This document shows positions 26,095 to 38,664 of a stretch of DNA of 64,000 nt, in pieces (position 1 is the first letter of the stretch; every line of letters begins with the position of its first letter). Position numbers and translations under genes: made by a program. The DNA is from Mobula birostris (Eukaryota): positions 2,456,441-2,520,440 of the forward strand of contig NC_092372.1 of NCBI RefSeq assembly GCF_030028105.1. Reading direction: 5' to 3'. The notes below the pieces were generated by a model. The model was not told where the DNA came from. It was given only the letters and a program-made list of their open reading frames with translations, and searched no databases.

Positions 26095-26774
26095 AATGAA
26101 CTGGTGAAAAGCATAAAGAAGTTTGTGGCATGATTATTGGTCCAGCAAATTTAGGTTTAGAGATATACTATTGAGACTTTGTAAGGCACTGGTGAGGCTT
26201 CCGTTGAAGTGTTGTGAGCAGTTCTCAGCCCGTTATCTCAGACCGGACTCAATTTGCTCACTTCTATTGTCTATACAATCTGTTTTGTTTTTTTTCTCTG
26301 TGGGCACTGAGGCATTGGTGTTATTTTTTAAATTGCGTTCTTTCAAATTCCTTGCTTTACAATTGCCTGTAAACAAAAACACCTTAAAGTTTTATCATTT
26401 ATACATTCTTTGATGATAAATGCACTTTGAAGCTTTGGATGTCCTGAAACTGGAGAGGTTTCAAATGGGGTTCACGAAAATGATACAGGATTGAATGGCG
26501 TCATATGAAGAGCGAACGCTCTGGGCCTGTACTCACTGGAATTCAGAAGAATAAGGGGTGTCCTTATTGAAACAGTGAATGGTGAAAGGTCTTGACAGAG
26601 TGGATGTGGAGAGGATGTTTCCTATGGCGGGAAAGTCCAAAACCAGAAAACACAATCTCAGAATACAGGGGTGTCCTGTTAGAATGGAGATGAGGAGGAA
26701 TTTCTTTTGCCAGAGAGTGGTAAATCTGTGAAATTCTTTGCCACAGGCAGTTGTGGAGGCCAAGTCTTTATGTA

Positions 26775-29713
26775 CTGTGGTGCTAGAAAGTTGGTGAACC
26801 CTATAGAATTTTCTCTATGTAAAGAGTTGTGAAGATTTGATCACATTTTATGTTATATTTATGTAGAAATAGAATTTGAACCTAAAGTGTGATCAAATCT
26901 TCACCAGATTCCTAGAACTAGATTAAGATTACCCAATTAGTAAATAACACAAAACTTGTTCATTTATCTTTTGAGTGCAATGAACCAATATTACATCTAT
27001 TTGTTGGAAAAATTATGTGAACCTTCACTTTCAGTAACTGGTGTGACCCCGTTGTACATTTCCGGTAACTGTTGATCGGTGCTGCACATCTGCTTGGAGG
27101 AATTTTAGGCCATTCCTCCTTACAAAACTGCTTCATCTCCGGGATATTGGTCGGCTTCCTTGCATGAACTGCTTGCTTCAGGTCCTTTTCTACAGGATTA
27201 AGGTCAGGACTTTGACATGAATTTTCTTCTTTTTAAACCACACTTGTTGATTTACTCTTGTCTTTCAGATCATTGTCTTCCCGTGTTATCCAACTTCTAT
27301 TAAGCTTCATTAAGTGACAGACTGCTACTCTGACATTGTCCTGTAAAATGTCGATGCAATTTGAATTCATTGTTTCTTCAATGATGGCAGGCTGTTCTGG
27401 CCCTGAGGCAGCAAAACAGCCTCAAACCATCAGGCCATAAGACCGGAATCTGACCCACCGAGTCTGCTCCATCATTCAATCATGGCTGAACCTTTTTTTA
27501 TCTATCTCCTCCTCAACCCCAGTTCCCAGCCTTCTCCCTGTAACCTTTGATGCCATGTCCAATCAAGAATCTATCGATCTCTGCCTTTAAATACACTCAA
27601 TGACCTGGCCTCCACAGCTACATGTGGCAACAAATTCCACAAATTCACCACCCTTTGGCTAAAGAAATTTCTCCAGATCTCTGTCTTGAAAGGGCGCCCC
27701 TCTATCCTGAGGCTGTGCCCTCTTGTCCTAGACTCTCCCACCATGGGAAACATCCTTCCCACATCTACTCTCTCTAGGCCTTTCAACATTCAAAAGGTTT
27801 CAATGAGATCCCTCCTCATCCTTCTGAATTCCAGCGAGTACAGACCCAGAGCCATCAAACGTTCTTCGTATGATAATCCTTTCATTCCTGGAATCATCCT
27901 TGCGAACCTCCTCTGGACCCTCTCTAATGCCAGCACATCTTTTCTAAGATGAGGAGCCCAAAACTGTTCACAGTACTCAAGGTGAGGCCTCACCAGTGCC
28001 TTATAAAGCCTCAGCATCACATCCCTGCTCTTGTATTCTAGACCTCTTGAAATGAATGCTAACATGGCATTTGCCTTCCTCACCACCGACTCAACCTGCA
28101 AGTTAACCTTCAGGGTGTTCTGCACAAGTCCCTCTGCATCTCAGATTCCTGGATTTTCTCTCTGTTTAGAAAATAGTCCACACTTTTATTTCTACTACCA
28201 AAGTGTATGACCAGGCATTTTCCAACATTGTATTTCATTTGCCACTTTCTTGTCCATTCTCCCAATCTGTCTAAGTCCTTCTGCATCCTAACTGTTTCCA
28301 CAACACTACCTTGCCCCTCCATCAATCTTCGTATCATCTGAAAACTTGGCAACAAGGCCATCTATCCCATCATCTAACTCATTGACATACAGCATAAAAA
28401 GAAGTGGTCCCAACACCGACCTCTGTGGAACACCACTAGTCACTGGCAGCCAACCAGAAAAGGATCCTTTTATTCCCACTCGCTGCCTCCTACCAATCAG
28501 CCAGTGCTCTAACCATGTTAGTAACTTTCCTGTAATATCATGGGTTCTTAACTTGGTAAGCAGCCTCATGTGTGACACTCTGTCAAAGGCTTTCTGCAAG
28601 TCCAAATATACAACATCCACTGCATCCCCTTTATCTATCCTACTTGTAATCTCCTCAAAGAATTCCAACAGGTTCGTCAGGTAGGATTTTCCCTGAAGGA
28701 AAACATGCAGACTTTGTACTATCTTGTCCTGTGTCACCAAGTATTCCATCAGCTCATCCTTCACAATTGAGTCCAACATCTCCCCAACCACTGAGGTCAG
28801 GCTACCATGATGCTCCTTGCACCATGTTTCACAGTGGGATGAGGTTTCGGTGTTGGTGTACAGTGCCCTTTTTCCTCCAAACATAGCAATGTGCATTTCT
28901 GCCAAGAAGGTCAACTTTTGTCTCATCTAACCACAGAACATTGTCTCAGAAACATTGTGGAACTTGGGATGTGCAGCATTTTTTTTGAGAGCTGTGGTTC
29001 CTCTGAACACCATTCTTGTGATTTTCTTATAGTGGACACCTGAACAGAGACTTTAGCAATTTCTAGAGATTTCTGTGGGTCTATTAATGTTACCCTTGGG
29101 TTCTGTTTCACTTCCTTCAGCGTTGTACATTGTGCTCTTTCTGTGATCTTTGCAGGATGTTCTCTCCTATGGAGAGTAGCAACAATACTGAATTTCCTCC
29201 ACTTGTAGACAGTTTCTCTTAGTGTGGACTGATGAACACTCAGGTCTTCATAAATGTTTTCTGTAGCCTTTTCCAGCTTCATGCATCCCTACAGTTCTTC
29301 TAAGGCCCTCTGAAAGTTGTTTGATCGAGGCATGGTGCGCGTAAACAGAGCTTTCTTGAGAAGAGCAGGCTCTGTCAGTAACCTGACTTTGTGTGTCTTT
29401 TGTATAGAACAGGGCACCTCTGCAACCCATACCTCCAATCTCATCTCATTGATTGGAACACCGGACTCCAAATAGCTTCTGTAGGAGGCATTACCCCAGA
29501 GGTTCACATACTCTTTTGAACCTAGACTATGAATGTTTACATGGTGTACTCAGTAATGATGAGAAGTAGTACAATTGTTTGTGTGTTGTTAGTTTAGGCA
29601 GATTGTGTTTGTCGATTGTTGTGATTTAGATGAAAATCAGACCACATTTTATGAGTAATTGATGCAGAAAGCCAGGTAATTGCAAAGTGGTCATAAGCTT
29701 TTTCTTGGAACTG
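26775..29713 (-). mobile_element. Tc1/mariner transposon, decayed and split by a CR1
   Basis: TA-flanked ends (ta|ctgtggtgctagaaagttggtgaacc ... ggaactg|ta). Transposase N-terminal fragments MPRSNNF / HEAGKGYRK / VHQSTLRETVYKWRKF...NPRVT. Confidence 0.8.
27432..28802 (-). mobile_element. CR1 LINE (RT plus 3' UTR) inserted in the Tc1
   Basis: YLDLQKAFD, SGVPQRSVLGP, KFSDDTK and LVRPHLEYC. Confidence 0.88.
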
Positions 29714-30044
29714 TAACTCCACTTTTTATGAAATTGGTTACTCTAATTGATGATTTGTTTTGTGTGTTGCATGTTGCACCCTGACCAACGTACCACCACA
29801 AGAATCTCCTCCAGGAACTCTCCCAGCCCCTGCTACAGTATGATTTTCTTCCCCAATCTTGCCACACAGACCTCTCACTCTTGCAGGAACCGGTTCCCTC
29901 ATTTAGATCCAAACCACCAGATCTTGTCCTCAGGACATCCCTGACTTCACCCCGTACTATCCCTGAAGGTGAGTCTATAAACCAGACCATTGTCACCGAT
30001 ACCGGGCAGGGAGTGGGATATTAGTGTAGTGGAACCGATAAGGT

Positions 30045-31760
30045 CGGGGGGGGTGGTGAGGAACAGAAGAGAGGAAGGTGGGGAAGTGGTGGGCGAGGGG
30101 AAGGTAGGGAGGGGGTGGTGAGGAGGGGATGGTGGAGAGGGGTGGTGGGGAGGTGAGGTGATAGGAAAGTGGGGAGTAGTCAGTGGGGAGGTGGAGAGCG
30201 GCGGGAGGGTGGGGAGGTGATTTGAAGCAGTCGGTGCTCCGAATGCTCTGGGGTGTCAGTCGGACCGTGTCGGGGTGGAGAGAGCTGATGGGGTGGATGG
30301 GGAGTAGTCAGTGGTGGGGTGGGGAGGTGGGAGAGGTGAGGGGGTGGGGAGTAGGCGGGAGGGTGGGGAGTAGACGGTGCTCTGAACGGACGGAGGTGGG
30401 GAGAGGGGGTGGGAGGGTGGGGAGGTGATGGGGAGTAGTCGGTGGTGGGGTGGGAGGGTGGAGAGGTGGGGGAGGGGGAGGTGAGGAGGGTGGGGAAGGG
30501 GTGGGGAGAGGTGGAGATGAGGGGGGTGGGGAGTAGGTGGTGGGGAAGGGGGAGGTGAGGAGGGTGGGGAGGTGGGGGGAGGGGGTGGGGAGGTGGGGGG
30601 AGGGGGGAGGTGAGGAGGGTGGAGAGGTGGGGGGAGGGGGAAGGTGAGGAGGATGGGGGAAGGTGAGGAGGGTGGGGAAGGAGGTGAGAGGGGTGCGGGG
30701 AGCAGACGGCGCTCCGAATGCTCGGGGAGTCAGTCGGACTGTGTTGGGGTGGGGAGAGGTGATGGGGTGGATGGGGAGCAGTCGGTGGTGCGATGGGGAA
30801 GGTGGGAAGGTGGGGAGGTGGGGGGAGGTGAGGGGGTGGGAGGGTGGGGAGATGGGGGGAGAGGGAAGGTGGGGAGGTGAGGAGAGGGGGTGGGGAAGGA
30901 GGAGAGGGGGTGGGGAAGGAGGTGAGGGGGTGGGGGAGGGGGAGGGGGAGGGGGTGAGGGGGGTGGGGAAGGAGGGAGGGGGTGAGGGGGGTGGGGAAGG
31001 AGGGTGGGGAGGGGGAGGGGGTGAGGGGGTGGGGAAGGAGGGTGGGGAGGGGGAGGGGGTGAGGGGGTGGGGAGGGGAGGGGGAGGGGGAGGGGGTGGGG
31101 AAGGAGGGGGAGGGGTGGGGAAGGTGGGGAGGGGGTGAGAGGGTGGGGAGGGGAGGGGGAGGGGGGAGGGGGTGGGGAAGGAGGGGGAGGGGTGGGGGGG
31201 AGCAGACGGCGCTCCGAATGCTCGGGGAGTCAGTCGGACTGTGTTGGGGTGGGGAGAGGTGATGGGGTGGATGGGGAGCAGTCGGTGGTGCGATGGGGAA
31301 GGTGGGAAGGTGGGAAGGTGGGGAGGTGGGGGGAGGTGAGGGGGTGGGAGGGTGGGGAGATGGGGGGAGGGGGAAGGTGGGGAGGTGAGGTGAGGGGGTG
31401 GGGAAGGAGGAGAGGGGGTGGGGAAGGAGGTGAGGGGGTGGAGGAGGGGGTGAGGGGGGGTGGGGAGGGGGAGGGGGTGAGGGGGTGGGGAAGGAGGGAG
31501 GGGGTGAGGGGGGTGGGGAAGGAGGGTGGGGAGGGGGAGGGGGTGAGGGGGTTGGGGAGAGGGTGAGGGGGTGGGGAAGGAGGGTGGGGAGGGGGAGGGG
31601 GTGAGGGGGTGGGGAGGGGAGGGGGAGGGGTGGGGAAGGAGGGGGAGGGGTGGGGAAGGAGGGGGAGGGGTGGGGGAAGGTGGGGAGGGGGTGAGAGGGG
31701 GAGGGGGTGGGGAAGGAGGGGGAGGGGTGGGGAAGGAGGGGGAGGGGTGGGGGTGGGGGG
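30045..31760 (+). repeat. G-rich low-complexity array with ~500 bp higher-order periodicity upstream of SMIM19
   Basis: G-runs punctuated by recurring agcagacggcgctccgaatgctcggggagtcagtcggac at ~30226, 30701, 31201 and 31762. Confidence 0.9.
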
Positions 31761-32085
31761 GAGCAGACGGCGCTCCGAGCGCTCGGGAGTCAGTCGGACC
31801 GTGTCGGGTGCGGACAGATTTCCACTGCCGGCGCAGTTGGATGACGTTGTAGTGGCCGGAGCCGATCCGGATCGGTTGCTGAGGCGGTGGAGAGCGGATT
31901 CTGCTCCAGCTCCGGCTCCGGGATGGATTACACGGTTCATGAGGCCTGGAACGACGCCACCAACGTTTATCTGATGGCCGGGCTGCTGAGCGTCGGGTTG
32001 CTGCTTTACGCGAGGAGGCGAGTCAGGCCCGGGCCCGGTCTGGGAGTGGGGGGACGGACGGGATCCGGGTTCCCGTCCGGGGTGG
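31760..32085 (+). promoter_or_regulatory. CpG-rich promoter/first-exon region of SMIM19
   Basis: CpG-dense non-repetitive island between two G-rich arrays. Contains TGACGT (CRE-like half site) at 31842 and a short uORF ATG ACG TTG TAG at 31841-31852. Confidence 0.6.
31923..32017 (+). CDS. SMIM19: Small integral membrane protein 19, first coding exon ([31 protein letters not shown]); possible in-frame GTG extension from 31887
   Basis: [14 protein letters not shown] motif followed by a hydrophobic TM segment, as in SMIM19/C8orf40. Ends at phase-2 AG|GCGAGT (GC donor). Confidence 0.9.
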
Positions 32086-34175
32086 GGGTGATGGTGGGTT
32101 GGGGGGGTGGGATGATGGTGCGGGGGTGGGGGGTGAGGTGGGGGGTGGTGGTGGGGCGGGGCGGGATCGGGTTCCATCGGGGGGGGTGAGGGTGGGGAGT
32201 GGGGGGGTGGTGGGGAGTGGGGTGGGTGTGGAGGTGGTGGGGAGTGGTCAGGGGTGGGGTGATGGGGAGTGGGGTGGGTGTGGGGGTGGTGAGTGGTCGG
32301 GGGTGGAGTGATGGTGGTGGGGAGTGGGATGGGGGTTGGTCGGGGGGGTGGTGATGGGGTGGGGTGGGGGTTGGTTGGGGGGTGGAGATGGGGGTGTGGG
32401 GTGATGAGGAGTGGGGTGGGTGTGGAGGTGGTGTGGAGTGGTCAGGGGTGGAGTGATGGTGGTGGGGAGTGGGGTGGGGGTTGGTCGGGGGTGGTGATGG
32501 GGGGGTGGGGAGTGGGGTGGGGGTTGGTCGGGGGGTGGTGATGGGGGGTGGGGTGATGGGGAGTGGGGTGGGTGTGGGGGTGGTGAGGTGGTCGGGGGTG
32601 GAGTGATGGTGGTGGGCAGTGGGGGGTGGGGTTGGTCGGGGGGGGTGGTGATGGGGGGGTGGGGTGGGGGTTGGTCGGGGGGGTGGAGATGGGGGTGTGG
32701 GGTGATGAGGAGTGGGGTGGGTGTGGAGGTGGTGGGGAGTGGTCAGGGGTGGGGTGATGGGGAGTGGGGTTGGGTGTGGGGGTGGTGAGTGGTCGGGGGT
32801 GGAGTGATGGTGGTGGGGAGTGGGGTGGGGGTTGGTCGGGGGGGTGGTGATGGGGGGGTGGGGTGGGGGTTGGTCGGGGGGTGGAGATGGGGGTGTGGGG
32901 TGATGAGGAGTGCGGTGGAGGTGGTGGGGAGTGGTCAGGGGTGGGGTGATGGGGAGTGGGGTGGGTGTGGGGGGTGGTGAGTGGTCGGGGGGTGGAGTGA
33001 TGGTGGTGGGGGAGTGGGGTGGGGGTTGGTCGGGGGGGTGGTGATGGGGGGGTGGGGTGGGGGTTGGTCGGGGGGTGGAGATGGGGGTGTGGGGTGATGA
33101 GGAGTGGGGGGTGGGTGTGGAGGTGGTGGGGAGTGGTCAGGGGTGGAGTGATGGTGGGGAGTGGGGATGGGGGGTTGGTCGGGGGGTGGTGATGGGGGGA
33201 TGGGGTGATGGGGAGTGGGGTGGGTGTGGAGTGGTCAGGGGTGGAGTGATGGTGGTGGGGAGTGGGATGGGGGTTGGTCGGGGGGTGGTGATGGGGGGGT
33301 GGGGTGATGGGGAGTGGGGTGGGTGTGGAGTGGTCAGGGGTGGAGTGATGGTGGTGGGGAGTGGGGTGGGGGTTGGTCGGGGGGTGATGATGGGGGGGTG
33401 GGGAGTGGGGTGGGGGTTGGTCGGGGGTGGTGATGGGGGGGTGGGGTGATGGGGAGTGGGGTGTGTGTGGGGGTTGGTTGGGGGGTGGAGATGGGGGTGT
33501 GGGGTGATGGGGAGTGGGGTGGGTGTGGAGGTGGTGGGGAGTGGTCGGGTGGAGTGATGGTGGTGGGGAGTGGGGTGGGGGTTGGTCGGGGGGTGGTGAT
33601 GGGGGGGTGGGGTGATGGGGAGTGGGGTGGGTGTGGAGTGGTCAGGGGTGGAGTGATGGTGGTGGGGAGTGGGATGGGGGTTGGTCGGGGGGTGGTGATG
33701 GGGGGGTGGGGTGATGGGGAGTGGGGTGGGTGTGGAGTGGTCAGGGGTGGAGTGATGGTGGTGGGGAGTGGGGTGGGGGTTGGTCGGGGGGTGATGATGG
33801 GGGGGTGGGGAGTGGGGTGGGGGTTGGTCGGGGGTGGTGATGGGGGGGTGGGGTGATGGGGAGTGGGGTGTGTGTGGGGGTTGGTTGGGGGGTGGAGATG
33901 GGGGTGTGGGGTGATGGGGAGTGGGGTGGGTGTGGAGGTGGTGGGGAGTGGTCAGGGGTGGAGTGATGGTGGTGAGGAGTGGGATGGGGGTTGGTTGGGG
34001 GGTGGAGATGGGGGTGTGGGGTGATGGGGAGTGGGGTGGGTGTGGAGATGGTGGGGAGTGGTCAGGGATGGAGTGATGGTGTGGGGTGTGAGGGTGGGTG
34101 TGGGGGTTGGTCGGGGGGGTGATGGGGAGTGGGTGTGGGGGTGGTTGGTGGGGGGGGGTCTGTGGATGGGGGGCT
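32085..34175 (+). repeat. G/T-rich tandem array in SMIM19 intron 1
   Basis: Recurrent ggggttggtcgggggg, gtgatggggagtggggtgggtgtgg and gtcaggggtggagtgatgg modules. Confidence 0.9.
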
Positions 34176-34692
34176 GTCGATCGACGGGCGTCGGTGGTGG
34201 GAGAGGCGCCGTGAAACGGGGCTGAGCAGAAGCGAGGTTTCGGCAGCGGTCAGCTGGGGGGATCCGAGCGCTTCGGAACCGGTTGTAACAGTCCGGGATA
34301 CTGAGTCCTGTCCTGTCTGTAGTGACCACTTAGCCTGACCAGTGTCCCTACAGTACCTGTGTGTGTAGCAAACCCCGATCATCACCCGATCCATAATGGT
34401 TTCTGATGGTCTGAGCAGTGCCTTGTAAAGCCTCATCATTGTTTTTATATTCTTGTCCCCTCGAAATAAATGCCAACATTGCATTCTCCTTCCTTACCAT
34501 TGGGTCAACCTGCAAATTAACCTCTCAGTAATCCAGCGAAAAGTCCCTTTGCACGTCAGATTGTTTTTAGAAATTCTCCCCGTTCAGAAGATATTTTGCG
34601 TCTTTATTTCTTCTACCAAACTGCATGACTCGCTGTCCTGCGCTCTGTCATCTGCTACTTCTTTGCCTTTTCTGCCAATCTGTCCGAGCCCG

Positions 34693-35120
34693 TACACACA
34701 CAAAACGCTGCAGCAGCTCAGCAGGCCCAGCAGCGTCGATGGAACAAAACATCGAGCAAAAAGCTGAGCAGCAGATCTGAAAGGTGGGGGCAGGGAGAGA
34801 GAAACACAAGGTGATGGGTGAAAGCCAGAGGGGGAGGGATGAAGTAAAGAGCTGGGAGATTGATTAATGAAAGGGATAGAAACCATGAAAGAAAGAAGAG
34901 GGAGGGGGAGGCCCGGAGGGAGGTGATGGGCAGGCAGGGAGTATTCCAAAGTGGAGTATTCCGTTTGGGTAGCCACTCAGGTTGGAGGAACAACAGCTTG
35001 TCTTCTGTGTGGGTAACCTCCAACCTGATGGCATGAACACCAATTTCTCAAACTTCCGCTAATGCCTCCCACCCCTTCCCCTTCATTTCCCGTCCCCTTT
35101 TCCCTCTCTCACCTTGTCTC
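34693..35120. mobile_element. Rearranged Penelope-like end fragments
   Basis: cacacaaaacgctgcagcagctcagcaggcc terminus and caggttggaggaacaac...aacctgatggcatgaac in the opposite orientation. Confidence 0.6.
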
Positions 35121-35190
35121 CTTGCAGCCAACCAGAAAAGGCTCCCTTTATTCCCACTCTCTGCCTCCTGCCAATCAGACACTGCTTTAG

Positions 35191-37336
35191 CCATAGAAAC
35201 CATAGAAACTACAGCACAGAAACAGGCCTTTTGGCCCTTCTTGGCTGTGCTGAACCATTTTCTGCCTAGTCCCACTGACCTGCACACGGACCATATCCCT
35301 CCATACACCTCCCATCCATGTATCTGTCCAATTTATTCTTAAATGTTAAAAAAGAACCCGCATTTACCACCTCGTCTGGCAGCTCATTCCATACTCCCAC
35401 CACTCTCTGTGTGAAGAAGCCCCCCCCCCAATGTTCCCTTTAAACTTTTCCCCCCTCACCTTTAACCTATGTCCTCTGGTTTTTTTCTCCCCTTGCCTCA
35501 GTGGAAAAAGCCTGCTTGCATTCACTCCATCTATTCCCATCATAATTTTATATACCTCTATCAAATCTCCCCTCATTCTTCTACGCTCCGGGGAATAAAG
35601 TCCTAACCTATTCAACCTTTCTCTGTAACTGAGTTTCTCAAGTCCCAGCAACATCCTTGTAAACCTTCTCTGCACTCTTTCAACCTTATTTATATCCTTC
35701 CTGTAACTTGGTGACCAAAACTGAACACAATGCTCCAGATTCGGCCTCACCAATGCCTTATACAACCTCATCATAACATTCCAGCTCTTATACTCAATAC
35801 TACAATTAATAAAGGCCAATGTACCAAAAGCTCTCTTTACGACCCTATCTACCTGTGACGCCACTTTTAGGGAATTTTGTATCTGTATTCCCAGATCCCT
35901 CTGTTCCACTGCACTCCTCAGTGCCTTACCATTAACCCTGTATGTTCTACGATGGTTTGTCCTTCCAACGTGCAATACCTCACACTTGTCAGTATTAAAC
36001 TCCATCTACCATTTTTCAGCCCATTTTTCCAGCTGGTCCAAGTCCCTCTGCAGGCTCGGAAAACCTTCCTCACTGTCTACTACACCTCCAATCTTTGTAT
36101 CATCAGCAAATTTGCTGATCCAATTTACCACATTATCATCCAGATCATTGATATAGATGACAAATAACAATGGACCCAGCACTGATCCCTGTGGCACACC
36201 ACTAGTCACAGGCCTCCACGCAGAGAAACAATTCTCTACTACCACTCTTTGGCTTCTTCCATTGAGCCAATGTGCAATCCAATTTACCACCTCTCCATGT
36301 ATACCTAGCGACTGAATTTTCCTAACTAACCTCCCATGCGGGACCTTGTCAAAGGCCTTACTGAAGACCATGTGGACAATATCCACTGCCTTCCCTTCAT
36401 CCACTTTCCTGGTAACCTCCTCGAAAAACTCCAATAGATTGGTCAAACATAACCTACCACGCACAAAGCCATGTTGACTCTCCCTAATAAGTCCCTGCCT
36501 ATCCAAATGCTTGTAGATTCTGTCTCTTAGACTCCCTCCAATAACTTAACTACTACCGACGTTAAACTTACCGGCCTATAATTTCCCGGATTACTTTTCG
36601 ATCCTTTCTTTAAACAACTGAACAACATGAGCCACTCTCCAATCCTCCGGCACTTCACCCATAGACAGCGACATTTTAAATATTTCTGCCTGGGCCCCCG
36701 CAATTTCAACACTAGTCTCCTTCAAGGTCCGAGGGAATACCCTGTCAGGTCCCAGGGATTTATCCACTTTAATTTTCCTCAAGACAGCAAGCACCTCCTC
36801 CTTTTCAATCTGTACAGTTTCCATGATCTCACTACTTGATTCCCTCAATTCCATAGACTTCATGCCAGTTTCCTTAGTAAATACAGACGCAAAAAGCCTA
36901 TTTAAGATCTCCCCCATTTCCTTTGGTTCCGCACATAGCCGACCACTCTGATCTTCAAGAGGACCAATTTTATCCCTTATAATCCTTTTGCTCTTAATAT
37001 ACCTGTAAAAGCTCTTTGGATTATCCTTCAATTTGACTGCCAAGGCAACCTCATGTCTTCTTTTAGCCCTCCTGATTACTTTCTTAAGTATTTTCTTGCA
37101 CTTCTTATACTCCTCAAGCACCTGATTTACCCCCTGTTTCCTATACATTTCATACAACTCCCTCTTCTTCTTTGCCAGAGTTGCAATATCCCTTGAGAAC
37201 CAAGGTTCCTTATTCCTATTCACTTTGCCTTTAATCCTGACAGGAATGTACAAATTCTGCACTCTCAAAATTTCTCCTTTGAAGGCTTCCCACCTACCGA
37301 TCACATCCACGCCAGAGAACAACCTGTCCCAATCCA
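35191..37336 (-). mobile_element. CR1 LINE, ~2.1 kb of ORF2 plus 3' UTR (SMIM19 intron 1)
   Basis: Near-contiguous ORF2 fragments from 35364 to 37337 and a CATAGAAAC tail. Confidence 0.9.
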
Positions 37337-37789
37337 AGCTTTTTAGAATCTTTCATGCAACACCATGGACTCATAGTTTGTAAAGCAGCCTCGTGTGGCA
37401 GCTTGTCAAAGGCTGTCTGAAAATCCAAGTTCACAACACCAGCCAATTCTCCTTTGCCTACCCTGCTTGTTATTTCCTCAAAGAACTCCAACAATTTGTC
37501 AGGCAAGATATTCCCTTGAAGAAACCATGCTAACTGCGACCTGTTTTATCATGTGTCTCCAGTTCAAAGGAGATGTGTATGGCAAGTTTTTATTTTATTT
37601 TATTTATGGCAAATATGTAGGTTTATCTTTATTATTTTATCCTAGTTGCACATAGGGATACGGGGAAAAGGCAAGAGATTGGGGCTGAGAGGAAAATTGG
37701 ATTGTCCATGATGAAATGGCGAAGCAGATGCAGTCAGCTGAATGTCCTAATTCTTGTCCTATATTTTATGATCTTGTGTACAATACCTC

Positions 37790-37930
37790 CAATTATCCCC
37801 TCACTCCCTTCGTCCGTCTCATCACCCTCGTACCTCTAATTCTCCACTCACTCCGTTCCTCCGTCTCATCACCCTCGTACCTGTAATTATCCCATCACTC
37901 CCTTCCTCCGTCTCATCACCCTCGTACCTT
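37790..37930. repeat. Short ~46-50 bp tandem repeat, 3 copies
   Basis: tcactcc(c/g)ttc(g/c)tccgtctcatcaccctcgtacct repeated three times. Confidence 0.8.
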
Positions 37931-37949
37931 TGTTCTACCCTCACACTCT

Positions 37950-38482
37950 GTAAGTGTGAAGTGGTTCATTTTGGTAGGTCAAATATGATGACAGAATATA
38001 GTATTAATGGTAAGGCTCTTGGCAGTGTGGAGGATCAGAGGGATCTTGGGGTCCGAGTCCATAGGACACTCAAAGCAGCTGCGCAGATGGATCTGTGGTT
38101 ACGAAGGAATACGGTGCCTTCTTAACCACAGGTGTATAAGATGAGAGGCATTGATCGTGTGGCTAGTCAGAGGCTTTTTCCCAGGACTGAAATGGTTGCC
38201 ACAAGAGGACACAGGTTTAAAGTGCTGTGGAGTAGGTACAGAGGAGATGTCAGGGGTAAGTGTTTTACGCAGAGAGTGGTGAGTGCATGGAATGGGCTGC
38301 TGGCGGTGCTGGTGGTGGTGGAAACGATAGGGTCTTTTAAGAGACTCTTGGATGGCTACAATGGAGCTTAGAAAAATAGAGGGCTATGGGTGAGCCTAGG
38401 TGGTTCTAAGGTAGGGACATGGTCGGCACAGCTTTGTGGGCTGAAGGGCCTGTATTGTGCTGTAGGTTTTCTATGTTTCTAT
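37950..38482 (+). mobile_element. CR1 3' fragment
   Basis: Closely similar to 12320-13097. Confidence 0.8.
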
Positions 38483-38664
38483 CTCTAGTTCTCTCTCTTA
38501 ACCACATATATGTGATGAACACTGTGGGGAATTTATACCATATCAGCAAACATGAGAAGTTGTCTAAGTATTTGAAAGATTTTGTAATGGATTTCTAAAA
38601 GGGTGAGTGGTTAAGTGACCTTATTACATTTATTACCTTGCTGATTTGAGAGCATTTCTTTCAG

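Noticed and set aside
32085-34175. Interstitial telomeric repeat
   Set aside because: No TTAGGG arrays; the G-rich units are unrelated.
30183-34338. Gly-rich and Pro-rich ORFs
   Set aside because: Low-complexity G-run artefacts; only 31923-32017 has homology support.
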